Source of the DNA: Lingula anatina
Lineage: Eukaryota; Animalia; Brachiopoda
Direction of reading: 5' to 3'
NCBI GenBank assembly: GCA_051362555.1
Contig: CM120643.1
Location: 1,178,001 to 1,242,000, forward strand
Length of the DNA stretch: 64,000 nucleotides
Shown here: piece after piece, positions 63,348-64,000 of the stretch
How positions within the stretch are numbered: position 1 is the stretch's first letter
How the letters are laid out: every line of letters begins with the position of its first letter
Notes under the pieces: generated by a model
What the model saw: the letters and a program-made list of their open reading frames with translations, nothing else
Told to the model about the DNA's origin: nothing
Databases searched by the model: none
Translations under genes and position numbers: made by a program

Positions 63348-64000
63348 GCTGGCCTGTAGGATGGACTGTTTACCGGTAGACTATGGTCATACCTGAGCCT
63401 TCATAGATAAGATGGACACTATTTGATTTCCAATCTTTATTAACTGGAAACAATGAAGGCTGAAATGCATACAAACAAACTATTAGTAAACTCAATAATA
63501 TAATTAATGGAAAAATGTGAAATACACAACAAAGAACTAGGTTATGAAATACTGATATATGTAAAAAAAATGAAAGTCACCTCAGGTATAAAAAGTCCTG
63601 CACACCTCCTATCAGGGTGAAGTCCAGTGTCTGAATGATTCACTATATAGGCCAACACAGTGTGCATATAGAGAATGACATGTTCTCCAGGTAAGTACTG
63701 ATGCAACATAGCCTTTGGCTACATCTAATATCTGACTTAGTACTCTTGGTAAGCAATTACCTTTGAATGAAAACAACAGTATGCTCATTATCCTCGATAA
63801 TAAAAACAATGTGATTTATTAATGGTACCCAATGGATGTTTTAAACAGCTGCTGTCATTAATATAGGAATCATAAGCCTTCAGACAATTAGTTGTGATTA
63901 AGCTTATCGGCATAAACACTTTTTCAATAATATACTCTATGTATCTTTTTGTATATGGACATTCAGAAAACGTAGTTAGTATAAGGCTTTAGGCAGTTCA

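Overview
Eukaryotic, intron-rich, AT-rich animal DNA. MetaSINE-like repeats and a DZIP3-type HEPN domain suggest a marine invertebrate such as a mollusc or other lophotrochozoan, but this is inference. The main feature is a + strand multi-exon gene rebuilt by hand from GT-AG junctions. It has 15 coding exons from 4169 to 28751, all phase-compatible, with no internal stop (1399 aa, or 1163 aa if the NB-ARC exon is skipped). Its domain order is HEPN (intact RxxxxH), truncated NB-ARC/STAND ATPase, ROC GTPase, COR, linker, caspase (His/Cys dyad present, atypical SACQS active site). The NB-ARC exon appears joined in through a cryptic splice donor formed by the Gly-Lys-Tyr codons of a dead TPR repeat. 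Downstream lie decayed paralogous modules: an NB-ARC-WHD-TPR pseudogene (37.6-39.6 kb), a caspase remnant (43.1-46.5 kb) and a duplicated ~2.3 kb non-coding block. Together these point to a birth-and-death immune/cell-death locus. The rest is mostly transposons: a young BEL/Pao element with identical LTRs in an intron, Tc1/mariner copies, a Ginger-like intron-containing integrase nested in a LINE, an Ngaro/DIRS-like split-direct-repeat element, a truncated Ty3/Gypsy element, SINEs and MITEs. The gene model comes from sequence only and no transcript evidence is available.
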